Shown here: positions 25,371 to 34,986 of the stretch, piece after piece | How the letters are laid out: each line of letters opens with the position of its first letter | Numbering within the stretch: the stretch's first letter is position 1 | DNA from: an uncultured Planctomycetota bacterium | GTDB taxonomy: Bacteria; Planctomycetota; PLA2; JAEUHO01 | NCBI GenBank assembly: GCA_963752285.1 | Contig: CAVVXN010000005.1 | Location: 1,344,001 to 1,408,000 of the forward strand | Length of the DNA stretch: 64,000 nt | Direction: 5' to 3' | Position numbers and translations under genes: made by a program | Notes under the pieces: generated by a model | Seen by the model: the letters and a program-made list of their open reading frames with translations, nothing else | Told to the model about the DNA's origin: nothing | The model's database searches: none

Positions 25371-26813
25371 ATGTCCGAGCCCACCCCCCTCCTCTGGGAC
25401 GAGCCCGCGTTCGACGCCGGACCGTCCTCCACGGGCCCGCGCGGCACCCTCGAGGCGCGCCTGGGTGCGCCGCGCGAGGCGTGGGCGGCCGAGGACCTGG
25501 TCCGGTTCTGCCGGCACCACGACGTCCGGCTCGTCTCGCTCATGCACGTGAGCGCCGACGGCTCGCTCAAGGCGCTCGACTTCGTGCCCCGGAGCGACGA
25601 GCACCTCCTCGACATCCTCACCGGCGGCGAACGCGCGGACGGGTCGAGCCTCTTCGCGGGCGTCGGCATCCCCACCGACGCGTCCGACATCGTGCTCCGC
25701 CCGCGCCCGTCGAGCGCGTTCCTCCACCCGTTCGAGGAACGGCCCACGCTCGTCGTGCTCTGCGGGCACGCCGACCGCGGAGGGAACCCCCTCGCCGTGT
25801 CGCCCGACACCGTCGCCTGGCGGGCGTGGGCGAGGCTTCGGGAGGAGACCGGCCTCCAGCTCTGGGCCCTCGGCGAGGTCGAGCTGTACCTCGGCCGGCG
25901 CGCGTCCGAGGGCGAAGCCGAGCGAGCCGACGACCGCGGCTACCACGCGACGGCGCCCCAGGTCTTCGGCGAGGGGCTCCGCCGGCGCGCGCTCTTCCAC
26001 CTCTCGGAGATGGGGGTGCCGGTCAAGTACGCCCACGGCGAGGTGGGATCCATCGGCCCGGCCGACGGCGGCGGCACGGCCTGGGAACAGCACGAGATCG
26101 AGCTCGACCTGCTGCCCCTGCCCGAGGCGGCGGACGCGATCGTGCTGGTCCGCTGGGTCCTGCGCTCGCTGGCCCGCCAGGAGGGCCTGCTCATCAGCAT
26201 GGCGCCGGTCGTCGCGCCCGGTCACGCCGGGAACGGCCTCCACCTGCACCTCGCGCCGCGCGAACGCGGGGTGGACCGCGCGGGGCGAAACGCACAGGGG
26301 CGCCTCACCGACGCGTCGCGCTGGCTCCTCGGCGGGCTCGTGGGGATGGGCGACGCGCTCATGGCGTTCTCGAACCGCGTCCCCGAGTCGTTCGTGCGCC
26401 TGGCGGGCGGCCGCGAGACGCCGCGCGCGCTCACGTGGGGCGAGTTCGACCGGTCCGCCCTCGTACGCATCCCGGCGATCCCGCGCGCGGCCGACGGGCG
26501 CCCGGTCGCGGCGCCGACCATCGAGCTGCGCCTCCCCGACGGCTCCGCGCACCCCCACCTCGCGCTCGCCGGCGCCGCGCAGGCGATGCGGTGGGCGCGC
26601 CGGTGGGACGACCTCGACGCGCGCCTCGAGCGCACGTCCTCACGGGCGACGCCCGACCGCCGCGACGCGGCGGTGGTGCCGCGCTCGTTCGCCGAGGTCG
26701 GCGCGGCGTTGCGGCGGACGCGCGACGCGTTCGAGGCCGGCGGCGTGTTCCCGCCGGCGTTGATCGACGCGTACCTCGAGCGCCTGGAGGCGAACCGCGC
26801 CCCCGGCGCGTAG
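25371..26813 (+). CDS. Glutamine synthetase family protein
   Basis: DGSSLF, GEVELY, HGEVG, EQHEIE, GNGLHLH, DRSALVRIP, IELRLPDG. Confidence 0.88.
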   Translation: MSEPTPLLWDEPAFDAGPSSTGPRGTLEARLGAPREAWAAEDLVRFCRHHDVRLVSLMHVSADGSLKALDFVPRSDEHLLDILTGGERADGSSLFAGVGIPTDASDIVLRPRPSSAFLHPFEERPTLVVLCGHADRGGNPLAVSPDTVAWRAWARLREETGLQLWALGEVELYLGRRASEGEAERADDRGYHATAPQVFGEGLRRRALFHLSEMGVPVKYAHGEVGSIGPADGGGTAWEQHEIELDLLPLPEAADAIVLVRWVLRSLARQEGLLISMAPVVAPGHAGNGLHLHLAPRERGVDRAGRNAQGRLTDASRWLLGGLVGMGDALMAFSNRVPESFVRLAGGRETPRALTWGEFDRSALVRIPAIPRAADGRPVAAPTIELRLPDGSAHPHLALAGAAQAMRWARRWDDLDARLERTSSRATPDRRDAAVVPRSFAEVGAALRRTRDAFEAGGVFPPALIDAYLERLEANRAPGA

Positions 26814-26821
26814 CCGTAGGC

Positions 26822-27061
26822 TCAGCGACGCGCCGAACCGGGCGTCGGCAGCAGGCGGAGGTTCGCGGTCGCCTCGGCGCGAAGGCCCGGCGGCAGCGCC
26901 GCGTGCGAGCCGAACGTCCGGAGCACCAGCGGATGCCGCGGGTCGTCCTTCGGGATACGCCCGGTCCCGTCGATCGAGGCGGACGCGGCCTCGCGATCGG
27001 TGGCGCAGAGCCGCACCACCTCGTCCCGGAGCGCGGCGAGCCACGGGTGGGCCGCCCCCAC
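26822..27061 (-). CDS. Possible small hypothetical protein or gene remnant downstream of tRNA-Leu
   Basis: Protein-like reading [15 protein letters not shown]...[11 protein letters not shown]; only a weak GTG start. Confidence 0.25.
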   Translation of the reverse strand: MGAAHPWLAALRDEVVRLCATDREAASASIDGTGRIPKDDPRHPLVLRTFGSHAALPPGLRAEATANLRLLPTPGSARR

Positions 27062-27101
27062 CGCCGCCTCGTCCCCCGCGCGGGCGTCCGGGACGCGGGC
27101 A

Positions 27102-27186
27102 TGGTGCGAGAGGGGGGATTCGAACCCCCACGGGTTGCCCCACAGGATCCTAAGTCCTGCGCGTCTGCCGGTTCCGCCACTCTCGC
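27102..27186 (-). tRNA. tRNA-Leu (TAG)
   Basis: GCGAGAGTGGCGGAACCGGCAGACGCG-CAGGA-CTTAGGA-TCCTG-long variable arm-GGGGGTTCGAATCCCCC-CTCTCGC-ACCA; encoded CCA. Confidence 0.97.
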
Positions 27187-27292
27187 GCGGGCGCCACGGC
27201 CGGCGAGTGTACGGGCGGCGCCGGCGGCGCTCCGCGCTCCCCCCCCGCGTCGGCTTCGCGGTAGGGTGACGCGGCACGAGGAGACCCTCGCC

Positions 27293-29545
27293 ATGGCGGA
27301 CAAGGACCCTTCGGCCGGACGGCACGAGCCGCCGCTCGGGACCCGGCTCGGACGGTACCGGCTCGACGAGATCGTCGGACGCGGCGGCATGGGCACGGTC
27401 TACCGGTCGTTCGACGAGCAGACGCGCCGCGAGGTGGCCGTGAAGATCCTCCTCCCCGGCCTGCCCGACTCGCTCGTGCAGCGCTTCCTCGCCGAGAGCG
27501 AGGCCGAGGCCAAGATCCGCCATGCCCACGTGATGCCGGTCTACGACCGCGGGATCTTCGAAAAGGACCGGCACTACTTCGTGATGGAGCTCCTGTACGA
27601 GCCGATCACGCTCGCCGACGTCGTGGACCGGGTCCAGAAGGGGACGCTCGGGTCGGAGTGGCCGCGCCTCCGCCACTGGTCGAACCCGGCCCGCCTGATC
27701 CAGGACGTCCTCGTCCCGGTGGCCCGCGGCGTGGACGCCGCGAATCGCGACCACGACATCCTCCACCGCGACCTGAAGCCGGACAACGTCCTCATCGACG
27801 TCCGGACCCGCCGCGCGTACCTGATCGACTTCGGGATCTGCCATAGCGCGGGCCAGCCGGCGGAGGCCGGCAAGATCGTCGGCACTCCGCGGTTCCTCTC
27901 GCCCGAGCAGGCGCGCGGTGACCTCGACCCGCGCACGGACGTGTGGGGCCTCGGCGCGCTCATCTACTTCGTGCTCTCGGGCCGGCCGCCCATGCGCTCG
28001 TCCTCGCCGCTTCGGCGGGCGGAGCGCGACAAGCGCATCGAGGAGCTCCGGGAGGCCGAGTCGAACGCGCGCGCAGGCGGCGACACGACGTACGCGGGTG
28101 AGCTCCACAGCCGCTGCATGGACCTGCTCGCGCCGAGCTTCCGCACGCTCGACGACATGCTCGACGACGCGCGGCTCGGGCGCTACGAGGGACTCCCCGA
28201 CACGGTGCCCGCCGCGGCCCGCGCGATCGTCCACAAGGCGATGGCCCTCGCGCCCGCCGATCGCTACGAGAGCGCGGCCGACCTGGCGGACGACCTCGAT
28301 GCCTGGGTCGGCGGGGGCAACGTCCGCGCGCTCTCGGAGCAGCACGCCGCCGGCGCGGCCATGGCCGTCGCCCAGCGCACGGCGCGTCGTGCGTTGGGGC
28401 CGGCGCTCCTCTCGATCGCCGGTCTGCTCGCGGGGCTCGGTGTCGGCGCGGCCGTGTTGTCGGGCCCGACCGAGTCGGTCGTGGAGCAGAACGCCGCGGT
28501 GACGTCGGGCGTGGAAGACCTCGCGACCGAGGTGGATGGGCTCGCGGGCCACGTTCCGTCTCCCGCCGAGGGCCAGGTGATCTGGCGGTCCGTCCGGACC
28601 CGCGTGCAGGAGCTCGAGGGCCGGGCGAACAGCCTGCCGGAGGGTCCGGCCCGACGGTCCGCCCTCGCGAAGCTCGACGACATCGACCGCCGGACGGCCG
28701 TGCCCGTCACGCGCGTCTCGCGTCCGACGACGGGCACGTACGTGATCGAGAGCGTCTTCGACGGGTCCCGCGTGCCCCTCGACGCGCCGGAGATCCCGCT
28801 GGCGCCCGGCCCGTACCTCGTGCGACAGGAGGGGTCCGAGCACCTGCGCGTCCCGTTCTACGTCCCGTGGCCGATGCGTCTGCCGCCGCCCGCGCCCGTC
28901 GAGGTCACGGTGCCGACGCGCGCGGGCGCGGACCCCGAGGGCATGCGGCTCGTCCCCTCGGGCCCCCCGCTCACGGGCGAGGACCCGATCCCGACGTTCT
29001 GGATCAGCGCGACGGAGATCGGCTGCCTCGACTGGGCGGAGTGGCTCGACGAGCTCCCCGACGAGGAGCGCGACCGGCACCTCCCACCGCAGGGGTTCGC
29101 GCCGGACCCCGCCGCGCGGGGCCACTACATCCTCGTCCCCGGCTTCGAGAACCGGCCCGTCACGGGCATCCCTCCCGCGTCGGCCGCCGCCTACGCCGCG
29201 TGGCGCGCGCAGGTGTTCAAGCGGGCGTTCCGGCTCGCGACGCCGGCCGAGTGGCGGCGCGCGGCGGGCGGTGCCCTCCTCGACGCGGACGACGCGATGT
29301 TGTTCCGACCCCTCGGGGTCTCGCCGGAGGGGAAGGCGGTCCCCGATCGGTCGCCGTACGGCGTCGAGAACGCGCTCGGCGCGCCCGCCGAGATCGTGCT
29401 CGGTCCCACCGGTGCGTACCGCCTCGTGGGGAGCGGCGACCCGGCCGGAATCCCGCGCACGGCCGAGGCCCTCCGGGGGGAGGTGGAGGTGCCGGGGGAA
29501 CAGCCCGTCGCCGCCGGTTTCCGCCTCGTCCTGCCCGTCGAGTGA
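27293..29545 (+). CDS. Ser/Thr protein kinase with TM segment and C-terminal FGE-sulfatase-like domain
   Basis: [41 protein letters not shown]-terminal RPVTGI...FRLATPAEW...SPYGVEN...GFRLV. Confidence 0.9.
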   Translation: MADKDPSAGRHEPPLGTRLGRYRLDEIVGRGGMGTVYRSFDEQTRREVAVKILLPGLPDSLVQRFLAESEAEAKIRHAHVMPVYDRGIFEKDRHYFVMELLYEPITLADVVDRVQKGTLGSEWPRLRHWSNPARLIQDVLVPVARGVDAANRDHDILHRDLKPDNVLIDVRTRRAYLIDFGICHSAGQPAEAGKIVGTPRFLSPEQARGDLDPRTDVWGLGALIYFVLSGRPPMRSSSPLRRAERDKRIEELREAESNARAGGDTTYAGELHSRCMDLLAPSFRTLDDMLDDARLGRYEGLPDTVPAAARAIVHKAMALAPADRYESAADLADDLDAWVGGGNVRALSEQHAAGAAMAVAQRTARRALGPALLSIAGLLAGLGVGAAVLSGPTESVVEQNAAVTSGVEDLATEVDGLAGHVPSPAEGQVIWRSVRTRVQELEGRANSLPEGPARRSALAKLDDIDRRTAVPVTRVSRPTTGTYVIESVFDGSRVPLDAPEIPLAPGPYLVRQEGSEHLRVPFYVPWPMRLPPPAPVEVTVPTRAGADPEGMRLVPSGPPLTGEDPIPTFWISATEIGCLDWAEWLDELPDEERDRHLPPQGFAPDPAARGHYILVPGFENRPVTGIPPASAAAYAAWRAQVFKRAFRLATPAEWRRAAGGALLDADDAMLFRPLGVSPEGKAVPDRSPYGVENALGAPAEIVLGPTGAYRLVGSGDPAGIPRTAEALRGEVEVPGEQPVAAGFRLVLPVE

Positions 29546-29587
29546 CGCGGGCGCGCCGCGCGGGAGGCGGGCGCGCGCCCCCGCGCG

Positions 29588-30073
29588 CTACCGCGGCGCC
29601 GCCAGGACCGCGTCCCGGCGTCGCTCGAGGAGTCGCGTGCCGTCTCCCTCCACGAAGGCCTTGTACGCGACCACGCCCGCGGAGGCCGCGGCCACGAACC
29701 GATCGTGGATCTCGAGGGAGAGCGGGTCGCGCTCCTGCCAGTCCGCGCGGGACGCCTCGCCCCCGACCAGGAGCTGCACGGTCATGTCGCCCGCGATGTT
29801 CGCGAGGTCGGCGTGCACGTGCCGGGCCGTCCTCGCCGCCTCCGTGTCCGTCGGCCAGAGGACGAGGGCGACCTCCTGGACGTCGCGCGTCCAGGTGCCG
29901 TCCGAGATGCCCTCGCCGCCGCCGACCCGGTCGGCGAGGTGCCGGAGCAGGGCCGTCCCGGGCGGCGGCCCGGGGGGGGCCTCGTCCTCGTGACCGCAGG
30001 CCGCGAGGCCTACGACGGCGACGAGCAGGGCGGCGAGGAGACCGGGGAGCGAGGGGGCGCGGGACGGACTCAT
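29588..30073 (-). CDS. Hypothetical lipoprotein
   Basis: Hydrophobic signal ending in lipobox LAAC. Confidence 0.65.
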   Translation of the reverse strand: MSPSRAPSLPGLLAALLVAVVGLAACGHEDEAPPGPPPGTALLRHLADRVGGGEGISDGTWTRDVQEVALVLWPTDTEAARTARHVHADLANIAGDMTVQLLVGGEASRADWQERDPLSLEIHDRFVAAASAGVVAYKAFVEGDGTRLLERRRDAVLAAPR

Positions 30074-30120
30074 CCCGGCGATCGTACGGCGCGGGCCGTG
30101 CCGTCCCGGGCCGCCACTTC

Positions 30121-30137
30121 GATTGCAATCTGCAATC
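30121..30137. promoter_or_regulatory. Palindromic operator candidate in the divergent promoter of the 2-oxoacid dehydrogenase operon
   Basis: GATTGCA-atc-TGCAATC perfect 7-3-7 inverted repeat; AT-rich island in very GC-rich DNA. Confidence 0.5.
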
Positions 30138-30237
30138 ACTTGGCCCCGTCCGGGCCCAGCGTCGCTTGCGGGTCCGCCCGGGGGCCCCTATTCTCCCCGC
30201 TCCCCCGTTCGAGCGCGCCGAGCCCCGAGGAGGAGCC

Positions 30238-31359
30238 ATGCCCACCGCCCCGCCGCTTCGTCAGGTGCTCGACCCCGAGGGGAAGGCGTCGGGGAAGGTC
30301 CCCCCGGAGCTCACGAAGGAGGACTTGAAGTCCCTCTTCGCCGCGATGGTGCGGACCCGCCTCTTCGACCAGCGGGGTCTGAACCTCCAGCGTCAGGGCC
30401 GCATCGGGTTCTTCGTGCCCGGGGCGGGCCAGGAGGCGAGCCAGATCGGCGTCGGGTTCGCGATCGGCGCGGAGGACTGGATCTTCCCGTCGTATCGCAT
30501 GCACTCGGTCGCGCTCCAGAAGGGGATCCGCCCGCGCACCCTCCTCGACCAGATGTGGGGAAACCAGCGAGACCTCGTGCGCGGCCGTCAGATGCCGAAC
30601 CACTTCTCGTTCCGGCAGATCCACTGGGTGTCGATCTCGTCGCCCATCGGCACGCAGATCAGCCAGGCCGCCGGCGCGGCGCGGGCCGCGCAGATCCAGA
30701 AGGACCCGTGCGTCGCCTGGGCGTTCTTCGGCGACGGGGGCACGTCGTCGAACGACTTCCACGCGGGCCTCAACTTCGCCGGCGTGTGGAAGGCGCCCGT
30801 CGTCTTCGTGTGCGAGAACAACCACTGGGCGATCTCGGTGCCGCAGACGAGCCAGACGGCGAGCGAGACGTTCGCCCAGAAGGCGAAGGCATACGGGATC
30901 GCGGGCGTCCGCGCCGACGGCAACGACGTGCTCGCGGTCTACGAGGCCGCGCGCGAGGCGCGCGAGCGCGCCCTGGCCGGCGAGGGGCCGACGCTCCTCG
31001 AGACGGTCACGTTTCGGATGGGTCCGCACTCCTCGTCGGACGACCCGAAGCGCTACCAGGACCCCGAGCTCCTCGAGTCCTGGCGGCGGAAGGACCCCAT
31101 CGAACGCTACCGCGCCTTCCTGAAGGCGAAGCGGATCTGGACCAAGGCCTGGGAGGAGGAGGTCGTCCAGGCCTTCCAGGACGAGCTCTCGAAGGCGATC
31201 GAGGAGGCGGAGGGCACCCCGCCGCCCGGCGTCGAGACGCTCTTCGAGGACGTGTACGCGAAGATCCCCGCGATCCTCGCCGAGCAGCGGGACCAGCTGC
31301 TCGAGCAGATCCGCCGGGGCGGTGACATCGAGGACACGGGCGGCGCGTTCCCGCTCTGA
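30238..31359 (+). CDS. pdhA: 2-oxoacid (pyruvate/branched-chain) dehydrogenase E1 alpha, copy 1
   Basis: LQRQGRIGF, GQEA, GRQMPNH, GDGGTS...NFAGV...ENNHWAIS, RMGPHSSSDDP; substrate specificity not determinable by eye. Confidence 0.9.
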   Translation: MPTAPPLRQVLDPEGKASGKVPPELTKEDLKSLFAAMVRTRLFDQRGLNLQRQGRIGFFVPGAGQEASQIGVGFAIGAEDWIFPSYRMHSVALQKGIRPRTLLDQMWGNQRDLVRGRQMPNHFSFRQIHWVSISSPIGTQISQAAGAARAAQIQKDPCVAWAFFGDGGTSSNDFHAGLNFAGVWKAPVVFVCENNHWAISVPQTSQTASETFAQKAKAYGIAGVRADGNDVLAVYEAAREARERALAGEGPTLLETVTFRMGPHSSSDDPKRYQDPELLESWRRKDPIERYRAFLKAKRIWTKAWEEEVVQAFQDELSKAIEEAEGTPPPGVETLFEDVYAKIPAILAEQRDQLLEQIRRGGDIEDTGGAFPL

Positions 31360-31389
31360 CAGCCGGTCGGTCACGGAGGGCTCGGCGCC

Positions 31390-32367
31390 ATGCCGCAGAT
31401 GACGATGATCCAGGCGATCAACGACGCGCTCCACGTCGCGATGGGCAAAGACGACAAGGTCGTCGTCCTGGGGGAGGACGTCGGCAAGAAGGGCGGCGTG
31501 TTCGGCGCCACCGCCGGTCTCTACGAGAAGTTCGGCGAGCAGCGGGTCATGGACACGCCGCTCAGCGAGTGCGGGATCATCGGGAGCGCGATCGGCATGA
31601 GCCTCTACGGCCTGCGCTCGGTCCCCGAGATCCAGTTCCTCGACTTCATCTACCCCGCCTTCGACCAGATCGTGTCCGAGGCCGCGAAGATGCGCTACCG
31701 CTCGGGCGGCGAGTGGACCGTCCCCATGACCATCCGGACGCCGTCGGGCGGCGGGATCCGCGGCGGGCACTACCACTCGCAGTCGTCCGAGGCGTACTTC
31801 GCGCACACCGCCGGCCTGCGCGTGGTCATGCCCAGCACGCCGCGCGACGCGAAGGGCCTCCTCCTCGCCTCGATCTTCTCCGAGGACCCCGTCATGTTCC
31901 TCGAGCCGAAGGCGCTCTACCGTCACGGCAAGGAGGAGGTGGAGGAGGGCTTCTTCACCGTCGAGCTGGACCGCGCGCGGACCGTGCGCGAGGGCAAGGA
32001 CCTCACGGTCGTGACGTGGGGCGCGATGGTGACCGTCACCGAGGAAGCGGCGAAGAAGGCCGCCGAAGAGGGCGTGGACGTCGAGATCGTGGACCTTCGG
32101 ACGATCTACCCCTGGGACGTGGACGCCGTGCTCGAGAGCGTCCGGAAGACGGGCCGGCTGCTGACCGTCCAGGAGGCGCCGCGCACCGGCGGCTTCGGCT
32201 CCGAGGTCGCCGCGACGGTCGCCGAGAAGGCGATCGAGCACCTCGAGGCGCCGATCGGACGTGTCGCGGGCTTCGACACGCCCTTTCCCTACGCACTCGA
32301 GCACGTCTACAAGCCCGATCGCCAGCGCGTGCTCGCGGCCATCCACTACGTCGCGGCGTGGGCCTAG
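31390..32367 (+). CDS. pdhB: 2-oxoacid dehydrogenase E1 beta
   Basis: GEDVGKKGGVF, DTPLSE, EIQFLDF, GGHYHSQS, FLEPKALY. Confidence 0.92.
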   Translation: MPQMTMIQAINDALHVAMGKDDKVVVLGEDVGKKGGVFGATAGLYEKFGEQRVMDTPLSECGIIGSAIGMSLYGLRSVPEIQFLDFIYPAFDQIVSEAAKMRYRSGGEWTVPMTIRTPSGGGIRGGHYHSQSSEAYFAHTAGLRVVMPSTPRDAKGLLLASIFSEDPVMFLEPKALYRHGKEEVEEGFFTVELDRARTVREGKDLTVVTWGAMVTVTEEAAKKAAEEGVDVEIVDLRTIYPWDVDAVLESVRKTGRLLTVQEAPRTGGFGSEVAATVAEKAIEHLEAPIGRVAGFDTPFPYALEHVYKPDRQRVLAAIHYVAAWA

Positions 32368-32390
32368 CCCGGACGCCGAGGAGGCGCACC

Positions 32391-33770
32391 ATGGCGTTCG
32401 AGTTCAAGCTCCCGGACATCGGCGAGGGCCTCACCGAGGGCGAGGTCGTGAAGTGGCTCGTGAAGGAGGGGGACCTGGTCGAGAACGACCAGCCGATGGT
32501 CGAGGTCATGACCGACAAGGCGACGGTCGAGATCACCGCGCCGCGCGCGGGCCGCATCCAGAAGATCGTGGCGGCGGAGGGGAAGACGATCCCGGTCGGC
32601 TCCGTGATGGTCGTCATCGACGTCGGCGCGGGCGGCGACGAGAAGGCGGGACCGGCTTCGAGCCCGCCCCAGGCGGAGAAGCGCGACGCGGAGGCCGAAG
32701 CGCCGTTCGCGGCGGCGGCGGAGCCCGCCGCGGAGCCCAGCCCGGCGCCGGAGCGCGAGGCCGCGTCGCGGGCGAAGGCGCCCCCCCGCGGCGAGGCGGC
32801 CGTACGGCGCCCGCCCGCGGCGCGCCGCACGCAGACGCTGGCCGCGCCCGCCACGCGACGGCTTGCGCGCGAGCTCGGCGTGGACCTGGACGAGGTGCCG
32901 GCCACGGGACCGAACGGTCGGGTGACGCGCGAGGACGTCGAGCGCTACGCGAAGGAGGGCGCGAGCCCGGAGCCCGCCCCCTCGCGCGCGCCCGCCGCGC
33001 GAGAGGGGGCCGCGCCCGAGGCCGCGGCCCTGCCCCCCCGTCCCCCCGCGCCGACCGTCGGCGCGCCCCGGGAGGACGAGCACGTCCCGCTCCGCGGGCT
33101 CCGCGGCAAGATCGCCGAGCAGATGGTCCGCGCGAAGCAGGCGCCGCACTTCACGTACGTGGACGAGTGCGACATGACGGAGGTCGTCGCCCTCCGCGAG
33201 AAGGCGCGCCCGCTCGCGGAGGCCCGCGGCGTCAAGCTGACCTTCCTGCCGTTCGTGATCAAGGCGCTCGCCGCCGCGATCCGCCGGCACCCCGTCGTGA
33301 ACGCGATCGTGGACGACGAGGCCGGCGGGTACGTGATGAAGCGGGACGTCCACGTGGGTCTCGCGACCGACACGGACGCCGGCCTCATGGTTCCCGTCGT
33401 GAAGCACGCCGACCGCCGCTCGCTCCTCGACCTGGCGGCCGAGATCCAGAACCTGACGACGCTCGCGCGAACTCGCAAGATCGAGCGGGAGGACCTGAAG
33501 GGCAGCACGATCACGATCACGAGCGCGGGGTCGCTCGGCGGCATCCTCGCGACGCCGATCCTCAACTACCCGGAGGTCGCGATCCTCGGCGTATACCGCG
33601 TGAAGGACCGGCCGGTGGTACGCGACGGCCAGATCGTGGTCCGGAAGATGACGAACCTCTCGATCACCCTCGACCACCGGATCGTGGACGGCGCGACCGC
33701 GGCCCGCTTCCTGAACGACCTGATCCGCTTCCTCGAGACGCCGGGCCTGCTCCTCATGGAAGGCGCGTGA
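32391..33770 (+). CDS. pdhC: Dihydrolipoamide acyltransferase E2
   Basis: Lipoyl domain EVMTDKA, binding domain APATRRLARELGVDL, catalytic DHRIVDG. Confidence 0.92.
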   Translation: MAFEFKLPDIGEGLTEGEVVKWLVKEGDLVENDQPMVEVMTDKATVEITAPRAGRIQKIVAAEGKTIPVGSVMVVIDVGAGGDEKAGPASSPPQAEKRDAEAEAPFAAAAEPAAEPSPAPEREAASRAKAPPRGEAAVRRPPAARRTQTLAAPATRRLARELGVDLDEVPATGPNGRVTREDVERYAKEGASPEPAPSRAPAAREGAAPEAAALPPRPPAPTVGAPREDEHVPLRGLRGKIAEQMVRAKQAPHFTYVDECDMTEVVALREKARPLAEARGVKLTFLPFVIKALAAAIRRHPVVNAIVDDEAGGYVMKRDVHVGLATDTDAGLMVPVVKHADRRSLLDLAAEIQNLTTLARTRKIEREDLKGSTITITSAGSLGGILATPILNYPEVAILGVYRVKDRPVVRDGQIVVRKMTNLSITLDHRIVDGATAARFLNDLIRFLETPGLLLMEGA

Positions 33771-33773
33771 CCC

Positions 33774-34928
33774 TTGGCGAAGGCGCGCCGCCCCGCGAAC
33801 CCCTCCCCCCCGCGAGCATCGGCGGGAGGCGCCGACCCGTTCGCGGTCGGCCCCGAAGGGCTGTACCGGCTCGTCGGGGAGGACGGACGCGAGGTCGCGC
33901 CGGTCCCCGACCTTCCGGAGGGCCTCGCGGCGCGGCTCCTCGAAGCGATGTACGTCCAGCGCGCACTCGACCAGCGGATGCTGAACCTCCAGCGTCAGGG
34001 TCGCATCGGCTTCTACGGCACCGCGCGCGGCCAGGAGGGCTCGACGCTGGGCACCGGCGCGGCGTTCGAGGAACGGGACTGGGTGTTCCCGGCGCTCCGC
34101 GAGGGCGCGATCGCGCTCTGGCGCGGCATGGCGCTGGAGACGTACGTCGGGCAGTGCTTCGGCAACGCGGCCGACCCCTGTTTCGGACGGCAGATGCCCT
34201 GCCACTACTCGGACCGCGCGGCGCACTTCGTGTCTCTCTCCTCCCCCATCGCGACGCAGCTCACGCACGCGACCGGCGCGGCGCGCGCCGCGCAGATCCT
34301 CGGCGACGACATCGTCGTCGCCGCGTACCTCGGCGACGGCGCGACCTCGGAGAACGACTTCCACGCCGGCCTCAACTTCGCCGGCGTGTGGAAGGCGCCC
34401 GTGGTCTTCGTCTGCCAGAACAACCAGTGGGCGATCTCGGTTCCCGCCTCCCGGCAGACCGCGAGCGTGACCTTCGCGGTGAAGGCCGAGGCCTACGGCC
34501 TCCCGGGCGTGCGCGTGGACGGGAACGACGTCCTCGCCTGCTGGGTCGCGACGCGGGCCGCCGTGGACCGCGCGCGGCGAGGCGAGGGCCCGTCGCTCGT
34601 GGAGTGCCTCACGTACCGCATGGGCGGCCACTCCTCGAGCGACGACCCCACGAAGTACCGCGACGAGGCCGAGACCCTCGCGTGGGAGGGACGCGACCCG
34701 CTCTTGCGCCACCGCGCGTGGTGCGTCGGCCGCGGGCTCTGGGACGACGCGAAGGAGGCGGAGGTCCTCGAACGGGCCGGTCGCCGGATCTCGGAGGCGA
34801 TCGAGCGGGTCGAGGCCGCGGGGGCGGTCGGGATCGCGACCCTGTTCGAGGACGTCTACGCGAAGATGCCCCGTACGCTCGAGGAACAGCAAAAGGCCCT
34901 CCTCCCGGACGAGCCCGGACGAGGATGA
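33774..34928 (+). CDS. 2-oxoacid dehydrogenase E1 alpha, copy 2
   Basis: LQRQGRIGFY, GRQMPCH, GDGATS...QNNQWAIS, RMGGHSSSDDP; TTG start uncertain. Confidence 0.9.
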   Translation: MAKARRPANPSPPRASAGGADPFAVGPEGLYRLVGEDGREVAPVPDLPEGLAARLLEAMYVQRALDQRMLNLQRQGRIGFYGTARGQEGSTLGTGAAFEERDWVFPALREGAIALWRGMALETYVGQCFGNAADPCFGRQMPCHYSDRAAHFVSLSSPIATQLTHATGAARAAQILGDDIVVAAYLGDGATSENDFHAGLNFAGVWKAPVVFVCQNNQWAISVPASRQTASVTFAVKAEAYGLPGVRVDGNDVLACWVATRAAVDRARRGEGPSLVECLTYRMGGHSSSDDPTKYRDEAETLAWEGRDPLLRHRAWCVGRGLWDDAKEAEVLERAGRRISEAIERVEAAGAVGIATLFEDVYAKMPRTLEEQQKALLPDEPGRG

Positions 34929-34986
34929 CCGCGCCACCCGCGCGCAGACAGACCTGCGAGGCGTCCGCCTCGCGAAGGAGGCCCCG

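Noticed and set aside
27102..27186. tRNA-Leu as the anchor of a genomic island
   Set aside because: No integrase, no duplicated tRNA 3' end seen and no sustained compositional shift.
30751..34441. Near-identical 89-nt segments in the two E1-alpha genes (30751-30839 and 34353-34441, 5 mismatches), suggesting gene conversion or a DGR-like repeat pair
   Set aside because: The segment covers the conserved TPP-binding motif under extreme codon bias; the mismatches are G/C swaps rather than adenine-specific, and no reverse transcriptase is present.
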